Source: Ophelia neglecta (Eukaryota). Taken from it: a stretch of DNA of 64,000 nucleotides. This document shows, piece after piece, positions 13,401 to 26,800 of this stretch; within the stretch, counting starts at the first letter, position 1, and every line of letters begins with the position of its first letter. A program made the translations under genes and the position numbers. The notes beneath the pieces were generated by a model. The model made no database searches. It had not been told where the DNA came from and worked only from the letters and a program-made list of their open reading frames with translations. The DNA lies in assembly GCA_965285935.1 (NCBI GenBank), contig OZ260665.1:24118001-24182000 (forward strand), in the 5' to 3' direction.

Positions 13401-16400
13401 TAGGTATTCATTTCTGAAAAATACAATTTTCTTGATATCGGTTGTCAAAAGCAGAAATGACCAGAAGCTATGGTGCGACCTAAATGTATTGAATTGTCCG
13501 TCGAAAAGATAACTCAGAGAGTGCCTGGGCAAGGAACCTGGATATTAACGCTGAAAATGTGTGCTGTGAACCATTCGACAGGACGACCAGCCGATCTTCC
13601 CGCCTAAATATTGACTAGGCCAGATTCTGCTGCTATGACGTTATATAGTATGATGGGTTATTAACGTTAGTATAGGGTTAAGTCCAGAGCTAAGGGGTTT
13701 TGATCTAAAAATTCTAATATCTGGAAGCGGTCTTACGTGCTGCGATTAGATGAGCTCATTAGCATACCTATTGGCTGAGATTGGCTTTATCGGTGTCTCC
13801 ATTGACCAGGTTTAAGTTTAAGGCCAAAATTGCTAGGTTAAAGACCAAATCCTGAATTTAATCTGAATTGAGACCTAAGACTGATTTCAGAAGCCGGGTA
13901 CAGCATATATACACGTGCATACGGTCCATAACAAGGCAGTTTACTGCACGTTCAAGAGACAAGAGACAGACTGCCCCCGTTAAGAAGTGAGTCAGAAGTG
14001 AGATCTAGACTCCAAGCTTTATTGTTGCTGTGCATTTGGGGAAGTAGCTATGGATCAGTGATGCTGCTAAGATTATCTTTGATGCTTCTTGCAGCATTTT
14101 GATTTCTTCTCTTTCGATTTAGGAAAAAGTGTCGATAAAATAAATAATATCCTGTATTCTCGTTCTCCAGATCACCTGTCCCCACGGCGAGCATCTACCG
14201 AACCACTTAAACACACACACCGGGTTTACGTACGTCAGCCTGTCACGTGTTTTGGTAACCGTACCCCCCCCCCCGCCGCCACACGTACCATCACAGACAC
14301 CGGGTTTTTACATCAGCCTGTCACGTATTTCGGTGACATATGTTTCCATCTCTGGTATTGGCAAGCAAACTCTTCACCGGAGAACAAATACGAGATGACA
14401 TGTTCAATATGGCAGGCTATTTGAAGATATTTAACTCTAATAGATTGTCAATTGTTAGCCAGAAACTCAGTTACCTTTGAAATTTCCCGTTATAGTTGGC
14501 AGACGCTGCTTTTTTTGATTTTTTTTGCGGTTTTTTACCTTGTTGCTATTCCAAACGTCGCATTGGTGTATGATAAGGAGAAACAAACATACATTCAGAT
14601 GAAAATAGGAGACATCTTTACTGGTATATATAAACATACTTGATAGTTTTGCAGGCTTTGTCGGCAGCTGAGAGACGATGGTAGATGTAACTGAGAGGTT
14701 CTCTAGATTGACTTTGTTTACATTGAGGTCAGACGACAAATTGAATTCTCATTCAATCAGCGTTCTGCGATGTCAGTGCGATTGAAGCGACGTCAGTATT
14801 AATAAATGTTTAGAGCCCGGTCCAGCGAAGCTATACACCTAAAAAAACACCTGAAAACAGTTTTTAAAGAAAAAAAACAAGGGTGGCATTGTAATGTTAA
14901 AACTTATGTTTCGGGCTAAAAATAATGATTGTGGTGAAAGTGGTATCTTTCATGGCGAAACCGGCTCGTGGAGCGAAGAATTGTTCTGCACGGTTATATC
15001 AACTTGTTGCATACAAAAAAGAAAGTTTTACCCAAAGTTCCAAATTGTTTTAATTACTATTTATTAAACTCAATCTGTAATTGCTGACTCTCTTTATCTT
15101 GAAAAGTGTATCTAAAGATCTCAGGTAGTTTGAGAGGAGTTTAAAGGGTTAATGCACGGTTTCTCGTTTTACTAATTGGATAATTCATGTCCCTCTGAGC
15201 AGCCTCGAAATCGTGCATTAGATTCTAATACTTATATAATTAATGTTATGAACTGTTTAATAAATATCTTATTGCTGCAGTATATTCTTCTCGGAACTTT
15301 GTCCATGTTTAATAGCTAGAGCGTATATCAACAACTCTGTATAAGGCTACTAATCGACGTTCACACAGATACGTGGCTGTGTTATATATAACTGTTTATT
15401 AAAGGGGCCTGCCTCTAGAATTTTCAAATGGGGAGGAGCGCTTCAGCGGCAATACACATGTATCAAAAACCCAATGGCGGATCCAGATTTGAAGAATAAA
15501 AAGATCAGCTGATAGAGAGAGAGCGTTTGAAGGGTGTCCCCGCCCAAAGAGTTCGATGACCCCGTGACCCCTGCAATCCGCCCCGGACATACCTGTAAAT
15601 AGTTCAGGTACCACAGAACATTGGCGACACACGACTCTTCCAATATTTACCCGCCGTTTTAAAGTACCGCATGTCAACGGCGCAGCGGGTTGAAGAGGCA
15701 CTGATCATTAGCCGCACAATTTGCTTTAAACAAACACAACCTATCTGGTCCGGCGATTCACCTCCACTCGTTTGGTTAAAATGGTCACATACTCATGTGA
15801 TGGGGCTGGCAATAGCGTGGTATCCCTCCGCACGTGTGTTGTACTGGTCTCGACCGGTACAGGTGGGGCTAGTAAAAAACCATCTACAATTTGATGATTT
15901 TCCCAAAACACCATGATCCATAGATACAGTCAAGACTGATTCACGAGTTCATTGCCTTTTGCGTGTAGCAATGTCGTGGTAGACTTCCAGATGCACGCGG
16001 ATAAAGTTGTGTTCACTTAAGCATAGGAGCATATCTGTAGTCACTGATAAACCTTGGCCATGCATGTAATCAAATTTAAGTAGATATGTATGAAGGTCAA
16101 ATTGACAACCGTTTGGTGGCTGCCACAATACGCCGTAAAGGCTGTTTAGTTTTATTAAATGGGTGAAATTTAATACAGGTTTCCTTTTTGCTACTCGCAT
16201 CGTTCTTTTTGTTGAGAACGTTCTACATAGTTTAATGGAAAGTCAGTCTATAGAAAAAAACAGTGATACAGTTGTAGTACCAACCTACTACAAGCCTTCA
16301 ATACGTCAGTTGAATTTGGCTTTCCGAACATTTGCCAAGAGTTATCCTATATGCTATGAAATCGGAAAAACGTGTGATCTGAGCTAGCCAACAGTTAAAA

Positions 16401-16689
16401 ACTATCGTATAGTACTGGAATAAAAGTATTGACTATACTTTTCGGCTAGCGAGACAAAAAACAACTGCCATAAAGTTATCAAATGTTAAATATAGTTATT
16501 GTCCTTATCATAATATTACTTTTACGACTAATTACGCAGCGACTAATTGCGAAACTATTTGGAGTTTCTTGTCTATGTGCCTACACGCAGCGTCAAAACT
16601 GCACCGATTTTAAAGGTTATCGGTCATCTAAAGGTGGGGTGACCTTTAATCAATTGGTGGCAGACGTTAGTTAATGTTGTAATTCTTAC

Positions 16690-16990
16690 CTATATCTGAT
16701 TGGATGCTTCTGACCGTGTTGGCAGTTAGACTACCTGTTCGTATCCGCCCATCCTTGTACTTCTGGTACAGGTCAAGCATGAATTTAGGGGCCACTTTGC
16801 TGGTGAAGGGGTTTTGCCCTACCCCGACTTCCCGGCGAGATAGGTCATCAAAACCCAACAGAGATTTCACAGCATGTTGTAATAACACATTCTGGTCGTC
16901 TGCTTCCTCCGTCGTCCTTTTCGGATGGCGGCAAACTGCGGGCCGCAAAATGGCAAGAAACATAAAACACAATCCAAGAAATCGCCACAT
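16690..16990 (-). CDS. BMP3: TGF-beta family ligand (BMP3/GDF10-like) exon 1: signal peptide and prodomain start
   Basis: MWRFLGLCFMFLAILRPAVC signal peptide; APKFMLDLYQKY and ANTVRS prodomain motifs; donor ATA G|gtaaga in phase 1; 301 nt. Confidence 0.8.
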
Positions 16991-16999
16991 ATTAAATCT

Positions 17000-17440
17000 G
17001 ATTCTATTTCGTATACAAGATATAGGTCCTAAGGAAGTTATCCCAGTAGGTGTCCGTGGGTTGGTTCGGCCGCACAGTTCTCCAAATGACTAGCGCACTT
17101 CTCCAGGGGTTCTAAGTAGTGAGCTTGAAGTGGTGGAAATGTGAACTGCGGTGATTAGGCCAACTAGAGGGTAAACACGGGACGCTGGCGACAGTGTGGC
17201 CCGGCCGGCAGGCGTCACCGGGGCAAAACACCAGGGAAGTATCCAAAACTATCTTAAACAGCAGCGTCAGACCTCCTCGCTTCTTAAAACTCTAATTCCT
17301 GGGTAAATGTGGAGAATGTCGGCTGGTGCGGGCGTAATGATCACTGACGTGTCTGCGGCGAGGTCCGACAGGTTATCACGGCCCAACTCTCCTATACTGA
17401 CCAGTAACACGGCAAAGACCGCGGTGAGAAGCGAAAATCT
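17000..17440 (-). promoter_or_regulatory. GC/CpG-rich region upstream of the BMP3-like ATG (probable 5' UTR and core promoter)
   Basis: Local GC and CpG enrichment immediately 5' of the start codon; no clear TATA box; TSS not determinable. Confidence 0.4.
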
Positions 17441-20274
17441 AGGCTAGGCTATTCTATATAAATTTGCCTATCTGAATCATATTTCGTATCTTCGGGTTTC
17501 GAAGCCTCATTCAATGTATACTTGTAGGTAAATAACTTACTTTTTCTTAGGAATCTTTCGTCTCAAATAAATGAATACATATTCTCTGGTAATTTTGTTA
17601 AGCAAGTTATCTACACATCGGAGTAGTTATATGTTAACGGTGCACACTATTCCGTAGCTTGTTGAGAGTGACAGAAACTGATGGCAATCTGTCGTCTGCT
17701 TATAACTAAGCCGGCTCGGCTGTCACTTCTGTGTTTCGCGGGTATCCATCATTAGTCGGCAGTATGTCTTCGAGAATCTGGTCGGCTTTTAGTCAAAGTC
17801 ACAACACAGCTTGATTACTGGTACAAAGGTGCGCACACGTTCACCTTGGTTTGATGGCTCAATACTGCCGTCGACGATGTTCACAAGGTTTGGCTGCGCG
17901 CCACCGTTTCTGTGTCCGTCTTTGCGGACGCTCCGCACCGCGCATGATTGACAGCGCCAATCCCGCGATCTGATTCGTCCATTCTACACATCCGGGCACT
18001 TGGGCCCCGAATGAGGGTGACCAAAGGCAATGGGTTCTGATCGCAATTATATACCTCCTGTTTTGTATGATAATAAACAGTCACATCAAAGTATTATATA
18101 TATATATATTTTTTACTTATACCGTAAAAAGAACACATTGATTTTCCTAGTGTCCTTTTTTCCATCTCATATTGGAACAAACGAAACACCTCTTTGAATA
18201 ATTGTACTTTCCGCTCTTGCTGGGCAAGGCTTCGAAGTTTTCCCCGAGTAGGCCTTTCATATGTATGTATTTAAGTTAAGTTTAGAATAGTCTTGGTTTA
18301 AGATTCAAGGCATTTGTACGGGTAACATTCGTTTAAAATACGAACCGCTGCTAGATGCCTTTTGTTGCAAATATTAAGTCGAAAGAAAAAGATTCCAACA
18401 TGTTTTGCCAGCAAATTAGGTCTGCTGCATTTAATTTTTGCAGGATATGTGGCAATGGTGGTAGAATTGTTTACACGTAATCTTTCGAAGTGTTTGATGT
18501 GTCAGCCGACATTTTCATCAGGAACTGACAGGGTTGTTAGAACCATTAAATCTATACGGCAGACGACAGACGACAGTGCTGCCAAGGTCACTCCTGCAGG
18601 ACAAAGATGAACGCCGCGGGATATGGCACCGGACAGGGAAACATCATTCATATTCATTGCAATAGTAATTATCGCCCCGCTCACAAGTCGAGTTGAGAAA
18701 CAATGGACAACAATAGCGTGGCTGTCTCGGACAATGATGCCTTATTATCGGATTAATCGTAACTTTGTGACGCGCAGCAGACGACAGATCGAGCAGGTGA
18801 TGATCCTTAAACACTTAACCGTGACAGACTGACCGCTGTCAGTTAAGGCACCATGAAAACAAAGAGAAAATCGTATCTCGCCTTCGTAAGTACGGAATTC
18901 TGGAAACTTTTAAAATATCAGTTAAATTTCATTTATGTCGGTCTACATGTCTAATTAACTCTGGGTATTGATCCAAAGTTTGAAAGACGGACACACTTTG
19001 GAATTGGAAACCTAATTGATAATGCAAACTTCCTACAAAGTTTAATGTTAGTGCAATCCATGTCAAAGCGGCAGTTCTGTTTTTCATACATGCACTGAGG
19101 AGGAAATGACAGGTCTTTAACCGGTTTTTATATGTCGAAACTAATTTCGGTAAGAAATGTGCGCTGTTTGCCCCTGGGGAGGCTATATCTTTGACCTCGC
19201 TAATTGCCACGACTAATGTTAAGCTAATGTTAGCATTCCTAATGATTCTGTGCCCGCAGGCGCTCGTCAGATGTCGCTTTAAGAACTCGCGTAGTGCCAT
19301 CACGTGGCCCGAGAACTTACTTCCATTTCTGCATGTCTCATTTAGGTTGGAAAACTATTCACTCTTCGGTGTTAGGAGAAGTGGAGTTTTGGGAAGATTC
19401 CTTTCTTATCAGCCGCATTGTGAATGTGTAGTTATCACTTCTCTAAGCAGTGTTTACACAACACGAAGAGAGCGCCAGCAACACTTAGCTATCATGTTAC
19501 TCTTGGTTTTCTCCCCTCGAGATACGAATTAAGTTCATCCTATTAAGCTTTAAACAATGAGATAATTACAGGTAGTGTTCCTACCAAAACAGATAATGAT
19601 ATTCTACACACTCAGAGGGGTCATTGGAATTCTATACCTTATTTACCAAAAGCAACAGGTGCATTTTCCTCTTCCCACACAAATGTTATTATCTATTAAA
19701 CGCAAGTACATGTACAAGACTTTTGTTTTGGATTAATGGTAAATGAGAGACTTGGTTGTTACAATTACGTTTTTAAGCACTATTGCGATTCACCCTTACC
19801 TGCATTGACAGTGTCATAATCAGTCTGGGGACGGTAAACTAAATGTATTCATTTTTTATGTTACCGATTTACCAGAAATTTTACGTTCATTGTCATACAA
19901 CGGCGGGGTGGTGGGAGAAGCTGTGCTCAACAGTGCTGGGTCGATTATGTGATCAAAGGGTCTCTTTGAGGTTAGTTAAATTGATATATAAGTCCAACAT
20001 TGTTCCCTCTCGGATCGAGTGACAGTAATGTTTATATTTAGTCTTGCAGTCCAATCAGTCGTGATATACATTTTATATGTTATGATATAGAATAAAGGAA
20101 ATTTATTTCACTATACAAAATCAGTGGTACAATGAAATATCATTTAGGGCTATTGTGATTATGACGAGTACCAACAGGCACGTCTAGGTCAGCTCACCGG
20201 GGTAGGATGCCAAGCCTCATATATCATCATAACAAAGGACGTCTTCCGTGTGGATAGGGCTAAATTAATAAGTA

Positions 20275-20452
20275 CATTGAAACCTGTGAATTAAGACCAC
20301 CAAAGGGACTGGAAAATGCGGGTCTCATTTTGGAGGTGGTCTGTTTAGACAGGTTAATTTCTATTCAAAGTGTGCAGTATGGTCTTCATCATAGTGATCT
20401 GAATTTGCAGGTGGTCTGATTATAGAGGTGGTCTTTAGGGCAGGTTTCATTG
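20275..20452. mobile_element. MITE copy 1 (178 bp, Tc1/mariner-pogo-like)
   Basis: TA|CATTGAAACCTG...CAGGTTTCATTG|TA; terminal inverted repeats, TA on both sides, internal AGGTGGTCT repeats; three homologues in the window. Confidence 0.85.
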
Positions 20453-21548
20453 TACTTTCTTATTTGAACATGTAAAAGGATTAATAAAATTCAACATATT
20501 TCGGTGTTTCCAATACATGAACCTCAGATTTATGTATATTGAGCTCTTTGACGTCTTTTAGCGGCTTTTATCTTAAACATAACTGACAGTATTCAGACCT
20601 ACAATTTTACATGTTTTCCATGGGTGGAAATGATCAAAATTTGTCTTTTTGTTTAGGACATAGCGTTTTATTTGAAAAGCAGTTCTGGTACTCGATTATG
20701 TTAGTGGGCAGGGAATAAATAGCCTTTGGGTCTTCACACTAGAACAACTCCGTAATGATTGTATCATCAGCAGGGTACGTACCCGTGACTGAGTTAAGAA
20801 CCTTCTAGACTTTTATCTCTCGAGAAGCGCATAAAAACGCGCGAAAACACGAGATTTGACAGATAGCCCGCTGTAAGAGATGTCGCCGGGTCACAACTTG
20901 ACACTTCACGGATTTTATGACAGTTTGAGCACCTTGAAAACCCGGAACACCTTAACGAGAATAATAGCCATGTAATGTCCTGTGCCGCCAAAAGAAGGAT
21001 CTGTCGTCTGCGGACAAATTTATGCCGGTGAGATTGCTGATATGTTTAGATTAGGTTTTATAGTCGTGCTCTTGTATACCTGGTAATTTAAAGTGTATTT
21101 CTTTCCGCTAAAATATTTGAGACTAAATAGGCCTACATGTTTTTGTGCTCAAACATAGTGTCCCGTGTTCTCTTGAGAGCAGTCCTCGAGCAACAGCACG
21201 TGCAGAAATTACTGTGAAATGAATTAGGCCTAGCCAAGCTTTAGGATAAGCTATGCATGTATACATGTAAGACAATATAATCAGAAAAGCAACTATTACG
21301 GTGCAAGTCGTGCTCACGAAACAGTTATACTTTATTTTGCGGTGTCGTAACAGTGCAAATATTAGCAAAAGAAGTATCTGTCGTCTGAGGACAAATTTAT
21401 GCTGATTCAGCTTCACAAGTATAGGCTATACAGTTATACGGTATGTACTGCTCGGAAACAGGGGGGATTTTAATAAAAGAGTTTGATTAGTGACTCAGCA
21501 CTGCTGATCTACCTCTCACTTTGGGATAGGACCCCGAACACCCTTATA

Positions 21549-21732
21549 CATTGAAACCTGTGAATTGAGACCACCCAAGGGACTGGAAAATACTGGTCTG
21601 ATTTCAGAGGTGGTCTGTTCAGACAGGTTATTTAACACTGAAAGTATACATTATGGTCTTCATATTAGTGGTCTGGACTGACAGGTGGTCTGATTATAGG
21701 CCTAGGGTTGGTGTTTAAGGCAGGTTTCACTG
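21549..21732. mobile_element. MITE copy 2 (184 bp, with a 6-bp insertion)
   Basis: TA|CATTGAAACCTG...CAGGTTTCACTG then poly-G; colinear with copy 1 apart from GGCCTA at 21699-21704. Confidence 0.85.
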
Positions 21733-24700
21733 GGGGGGGGGGGGGGGGGCGGGGAGGGGGAGGGGGAGGGAGACAAGCTCAAAGTAAAATAACCCACCTT
21801 GTTTTTGATGTATTGCCTACATATTCACACAAATACCATTGTTCTGATTTGATTTGCATCCATTCGGGTTACACCAAATCACCTTAAATATTAAAAGCAA
21901 ATCAGGGTTAATCGACAACTATAAATGTGCTGTGGGATCTAGTGGGGCGGGGTAAAGGAGCGTTAGGAGGGGGCGGTAGGGACTGCGGTTGTGGGAGGGG
22001 TCGGTGGGGTCAGAACCCTGCCTTCCTTTCCGCACGTTGCCTTAGGTGCCTTCTCCAGAGGGGGGTCTAGGGCTTCAGCCCTCTGCCCTGGTAAGGAGAC
22101 ACCCACCCACCACATTCCCACCAGGATAGCACCCCCCTCCCCCCTAGCATCCTAGGACCGCCGGTCAGGTGAGTCATCGAGGTGTGCCTAGCTCCGTCTG
22201 CCAAGTCTGCCAGCCGGAGTGTGTTGGATGTCCAGTCGAAATGCTAGGTGTGATGAACAGGAATCGCGAGTAGAATGAGCTGATATCGTCTAGTGATAAT
22301 ACACACTTAAATGATAATCTAGCAACACGCCCTTTTCGTCTAACAACATCCCAAGTTTTTAAAGAATATAAAAGTTCAAATATAACAGGGCCAAAACACA
22401 AGGAAAAAATGTTGTAACAGAGTTCTAGCATGCAAAGGCTAAGTAATAATAGCAAAATTTGATATCATCTTCTCGGTTAATTATAAGTTCCCTTCGCTTT
22501 TCATTTTGATTGACTTCTCAATGACCCATCTGTTGACCCCACGGCGTCCGTCAGCCCTCGACAATGTCGGTTCTTTCTTGTCAGACTACTTGAAATCCCA
22601 TCTCAGACGACCCGCATGCTGTTCAGCTTTGACAAGTTTCCATATACGCTAGGTAAATCTCTCCAAATTACTACCAGAGGAAACGACCCAGATTAAAAAG
22701 ACCATGGCGGCATGAGATTGGCCGGCGCAGTGGGGAGGATATAGGCCTAAAGATTATTTTTATAAGCTGGATTAAACAATTACAGCTAAACCACTTGAAG
22801 GCGAAAAGTCACGTCATTTAACTTTGTTTTTGCTGTTCACATAAGTACATGTATACGCGGTGGATGAAAGAAATGAAAGCGCATGGATGATATGCACGAA
22901 CTTATCGATTTAGACAGCGAAATTATAGTGTGCGAATTGCCTCAGAATTGCCTTGCAAAAGTATCAATTATAGGGGCATTTCCTGGTTAAATATATCTTC
23001 CCGATACATCAAGGTTATAGATTAAAATTAATATAATAATTGGTGTTTGACAATTTACCATTGTTAAGAAGTACAATGGATAATGGTTTTGGATATCTAA
23101 ATCCCAACCCATCAGTATGCCATACATTTAATCAGTTAAAAATAATCTTGCAATCTCTTATCTCTAACCCTTGTGGGATACCCCCCTCCCTTCTCCCCCG
23201 TTGAACGGTCGAGACGTTTGCATCAATATTTTGATAATTTGGGATTAAAAATGACTCCGAACAAAAGGCAGGGCGCCACCGTTCACCGATTAAGTCGGAC
23301 TAGGGCGACAACAAAAGCTCCTGTCGACGGGCTTAGTCATTCACTGACATAAAATAGAAATGATCACTTAAGACAAATAAAACGAACGTTTTAGACAAAT
23401 AGAAATGAACGTTTTATGTTGCGCGAGCGCCGCGTAGTCGGCCTGTCGTTAGCGTTCTGACATCGGAAACTTTGAAGGGGTAATTTTAATTGAGGTAGGT
23501 TATAGGGCTTGGGTTTGATGGCTGAGGTATTCAGACCAGTGTCGGTCCTGGCTAGACACTGCCGTCTACCCCCCCCCCCCCCCCCCGGTTGCTCAGAAGA
23601 TTTTAGAGGCAGATCCAGAGTTTGGTCTGGAGCATCCGGTATCACGGTAAGAATGAGGAAATGGTGTCCCCTACAAAAAGATATAAAACTTAACATATGC
23701 AGGTTGAGTGAATCCTTCACTACTTCACTAGATGAAATGGAGCATAGCTCTATGGTCTACAAGCTATGAATCTTAGGAAATTTTCATGTAATACTCAGCC
23801 AATCCCAGTCTGCCATTTTTTCATTCATTTATACTAATAATCTTGCCATGAAGTTGCACACTTGGGCTATCCATTTCACACGCTGGAAGGATGCCGCCGC
23901 ACACACGCCTGCATACAGTGAGTGTCGATTTCGATAAAATATGCAAACGTTGTTTATTTTGACAACAGATGCGGAGGAACAAATTTCTGTTACACCATCC
24001 ATTCATCTCTGATTTTCAGACTAGTCAATTATGCATAGTCCCATATTATTCAAGCTATAAATTCTTAGCCTGTTAGGCTCAAGGTGCAAATACTACACGC
24101 GTTTAAAAGCACCAAAATTGCAGACCTCTTTCGCGTTTTCTTTCCACTGCAGTGCGAACTAAAACAGTTTTCTGAACATAACCTTACCATATTTGTAGTT
24201 TACGATGATAAAAAATATCTTTTTCTCCTCCTAGGTGCATGAGGTTTTTTTCAAGACAAGTAGAATGTATATCTTTGAGAAACGCAGATACCTCTGTCCG
24301 CCTAACCGATGACAAAAAATAAAAGTAACAATTCTATGAATTTAGAGAAAAAAAGGAGGGGGCCTCTCAGCTCTCATGTGCAAGTGAGAGATGAGATCCT
24401 GTCAGCAACTCACCATCCACACGTGACCTTCACTCGATCTGTTTTACAACACAGGCGCATGCCTCTTTGTCGTAACTAAGGGTGTATCTCTATGTAAAAA
24501 GGCCTAAGCTAAGCGTCACTAAAATCATCTTTTGTAAGCCAGCTCGTCCCTTTAAGAAACTTGATTTTTATTGAAGCATGCATGTCCATTTCCAAATGCT
24601 AAATCTTAGGACGCAATAGCCTACTCACGTTACTATGTAGAACTAGTGTTACAAATACGAAGGTAGTAACCTCTTTCGGGACAGAGACAAACTACTATCT

Positions 24701-25443
24701 GAAACTGCCTTTAGCATTAATAAGCAGTAGAATAATAAGCCTATTTGACGTATATTATGTGTAAATGTTAAACAAATTCTGGAACTACTTACAGTCACAT
24801 CTCTATGCTACTAGAATCTTTTGATTATGGTTTATAGCCTAACAATCAGATCTTATTCAGGATAACAAATATATAGGCCTATTTGTATGATATCCTGAAA
24901 AATTAGGCCTTACCCTATTGTTTTTTTCTTTTAAATACAAAACGGCCTTAATTTGTGGGTAATTTGTCGAATTACAGAGCGGGCATCTCGCCGGAAGGAC
25001 ATTAACACTTGGTGTTTACTACTTATATGGTATCTATGGTGGCTTGAAATACTGCTGGAAAATCTAGATACGAGGCCAGGAAGGAATTGTGGAAAGGCAT
25101 TTATTAAATTTGCCTTATCGTACTACTGTGAGTAATTTTTCTCAAGCATCTCACATGTTTGGTAGTTCTTATATAGGGTCACCTATCACCTGCATGCGTT
25201 TTTCAAGCTGAAAAATGCCAGAAGGTGGCCCTTGGTATTCTATCACACACTTACGATAGAAGCAGGTCCTGAGGGTCGGGATGGGGGGAGGGTCAGAGGG
25301 TGCTCTGATAATTTGCACCATGTACATGCAGTCATGTTCAATACAAAAAGTCCCAAAACATTTTTTTCTTCGGCATAGTTTCTATTTAAGAAATCACGGT
25401 TTTACAGGTGTTGAAGAAGGTGGAAAATTCGTGGCATTAACTC

Positions 25444-25477
25444 TGTGTGTGTGTGTGTGTGTGTGTGGGGGGGGGGT
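25444..25477. repeat. (TG)n microsatellite running into poly-G
   Basis: Direct reading. Confidence 0.9.
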
Positions 25478-26001
25478 GCCGCGGGAAATCATCAATTTGG
25501 CAACGAGGGGGGGGGGGGGCGGGGGCGGATTAACAGAAAATATACTGGAGAAAAAAGTTTTCGCTTTACTGTCATAACTTGATACTTTCTGTAACTTATC
25601 ACGACTTAAAATGCTGTATTTTGCTGGTGAAACTAGTGTGTATGAAGTAGGATTTCCTTAGCATCTCTTTGCTGAAAATGACCAGTTCAATAGCTGACCA
25701 TGAACATCTGAACACGGGTGTAATTGAGCAAAATTTGAGTGCCGGTCATTTTGCATGATGGTAACGAATGTTACCCGCTGCCAATGAAGCACTATGTTGA
25801 TAAAGCATTGGTTTTGATGATGAATGTAACCTATGGTCTACGTTCTATTTGATCCAGTTTTATTCTCGTTGAATTCAGGAAGCTTGAGCACTGAACTATA
25901 GGTATTCTGGGTGTTTTATGTTATACCAGCGGCATAAAGTTTGGAGACCAGTTGTGCGAAAAAAAATAATCGAAGCATCAAATATGTAATCTTCGCATGT
26001 A

Positions 26002-26160
26002 TGACGCGCTCACATTGTGAACGCTGATTGGCCCAGAAAGCAAATGACGCTTGGCCTGCTTTCGGCGATGACGTCACCACAGGGCACCCAGTGCTCTGGC
26101 AAAACGCGTCACTTGCCTTCGGGTTTAAAAGGTCAAACGTGATACATAGCAAACCAATTA
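26002..26160. promoter_or_regulatory. CRE and CCAAT motif cluster (candidate enhancer/promoter)
   Basis: TGACGTCA at 26069-26076, TGACG half-sites at 26002, 26045 and 26107, CTGATTGG at 26024, CCAAT at 26154. Confidence 0.35.
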
Positions 26161-26320
26161 GAGGCAGCCTTTTTTAAAAAACACCAATTACACATAGACA
26201 ATATGTGCGTCTCCAGACTTTATATGGCTGGTATAATAAGTGTAAAATTACACTTTTTATAAATGAAAACCTAAAAAAATTCCCGGCAAGTGCTATACAC
26301 TAGTTAGAAAATTAGAAAAA

Positions 26321-26800
26321 CTGCCTGGGGTATTTCTGACAGTAGACTTTGAAAGGCATTTCATCCGAATGATTGGGATTTACTTCCGGATGAGACTGAG
26401 TTACCTCTTTCTCATTATTTATTTATACTACAAGCCTAGGTCCTGGCCCCTTGTATCAGACGAAACAGCGACATATTTAGAGGAAGGTTGATTAAGAAAA
26501 TCCCAATAAATATGTTTAAACCAGAGGAATGTAGATGCATATAGGCAAAATTGTTTCAATATGCTGATGATAATATTAGGGCGTTTGAGAAGTTAACTCC
26601 GACATAAAATTTCTATAGACAGTCGAACGCTTTGGGGAGTTTTCTGGGCTCTTATTCAATATCGATAAAACAGAAGCCATGTTGCTGGGATCATTTAAAA
26701 ATAAGGAGAACTGTCTTTTATGTTTGAAGTTGCCAGATGAAACTTGAAAGCTATCTGTAGATTTATATGTAAGGGAATGTGGAGGTCAGTTTTGAAGTTT
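26321..26800 (+). mobile_element. Decayed non-LTR retrotransposon (L1/Tx1-like) reverse transcriptase fragment
   Basis: Ordered RT motifs across frameshifts, a stop and deletions: LPGVFLTVDFE/KAF..DW (26321), PLSHYLFILQA*VLAPCIRRN (26404), KLFQYADD (26548), FGEFSGLLFNIDKTEAMLLGS (26631). Confidence 0.78.

Larger units (their letters stand above)
941..16689 (-). other. BMP3-like intron 1 (15,749 bp, GT-AG, phase 1)
   Basis: Phase-compatible donor and acceptor; the joined protein reads ...NTVRSIQSDIG|IVNRENLFVLNLTS... with no apparent missing segment. Confidence 0.75.

Noticed and set aside
12590-13640. SINE-like fragments (near 12650 and 13520, also around 59700)
   Set aside because: Only short, vague resemblance to SINE cores and tails; boundaries cannot be supported.
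15399-15916. Additional BMP exon or nested gene from the ORFs here, and from 18929-19532, 49078-49449 and 52332-52712
   Set aside because: No recognisable domains, and exons 1 and 2 of the BMP gene already join in phase; these look like chance ORFs.
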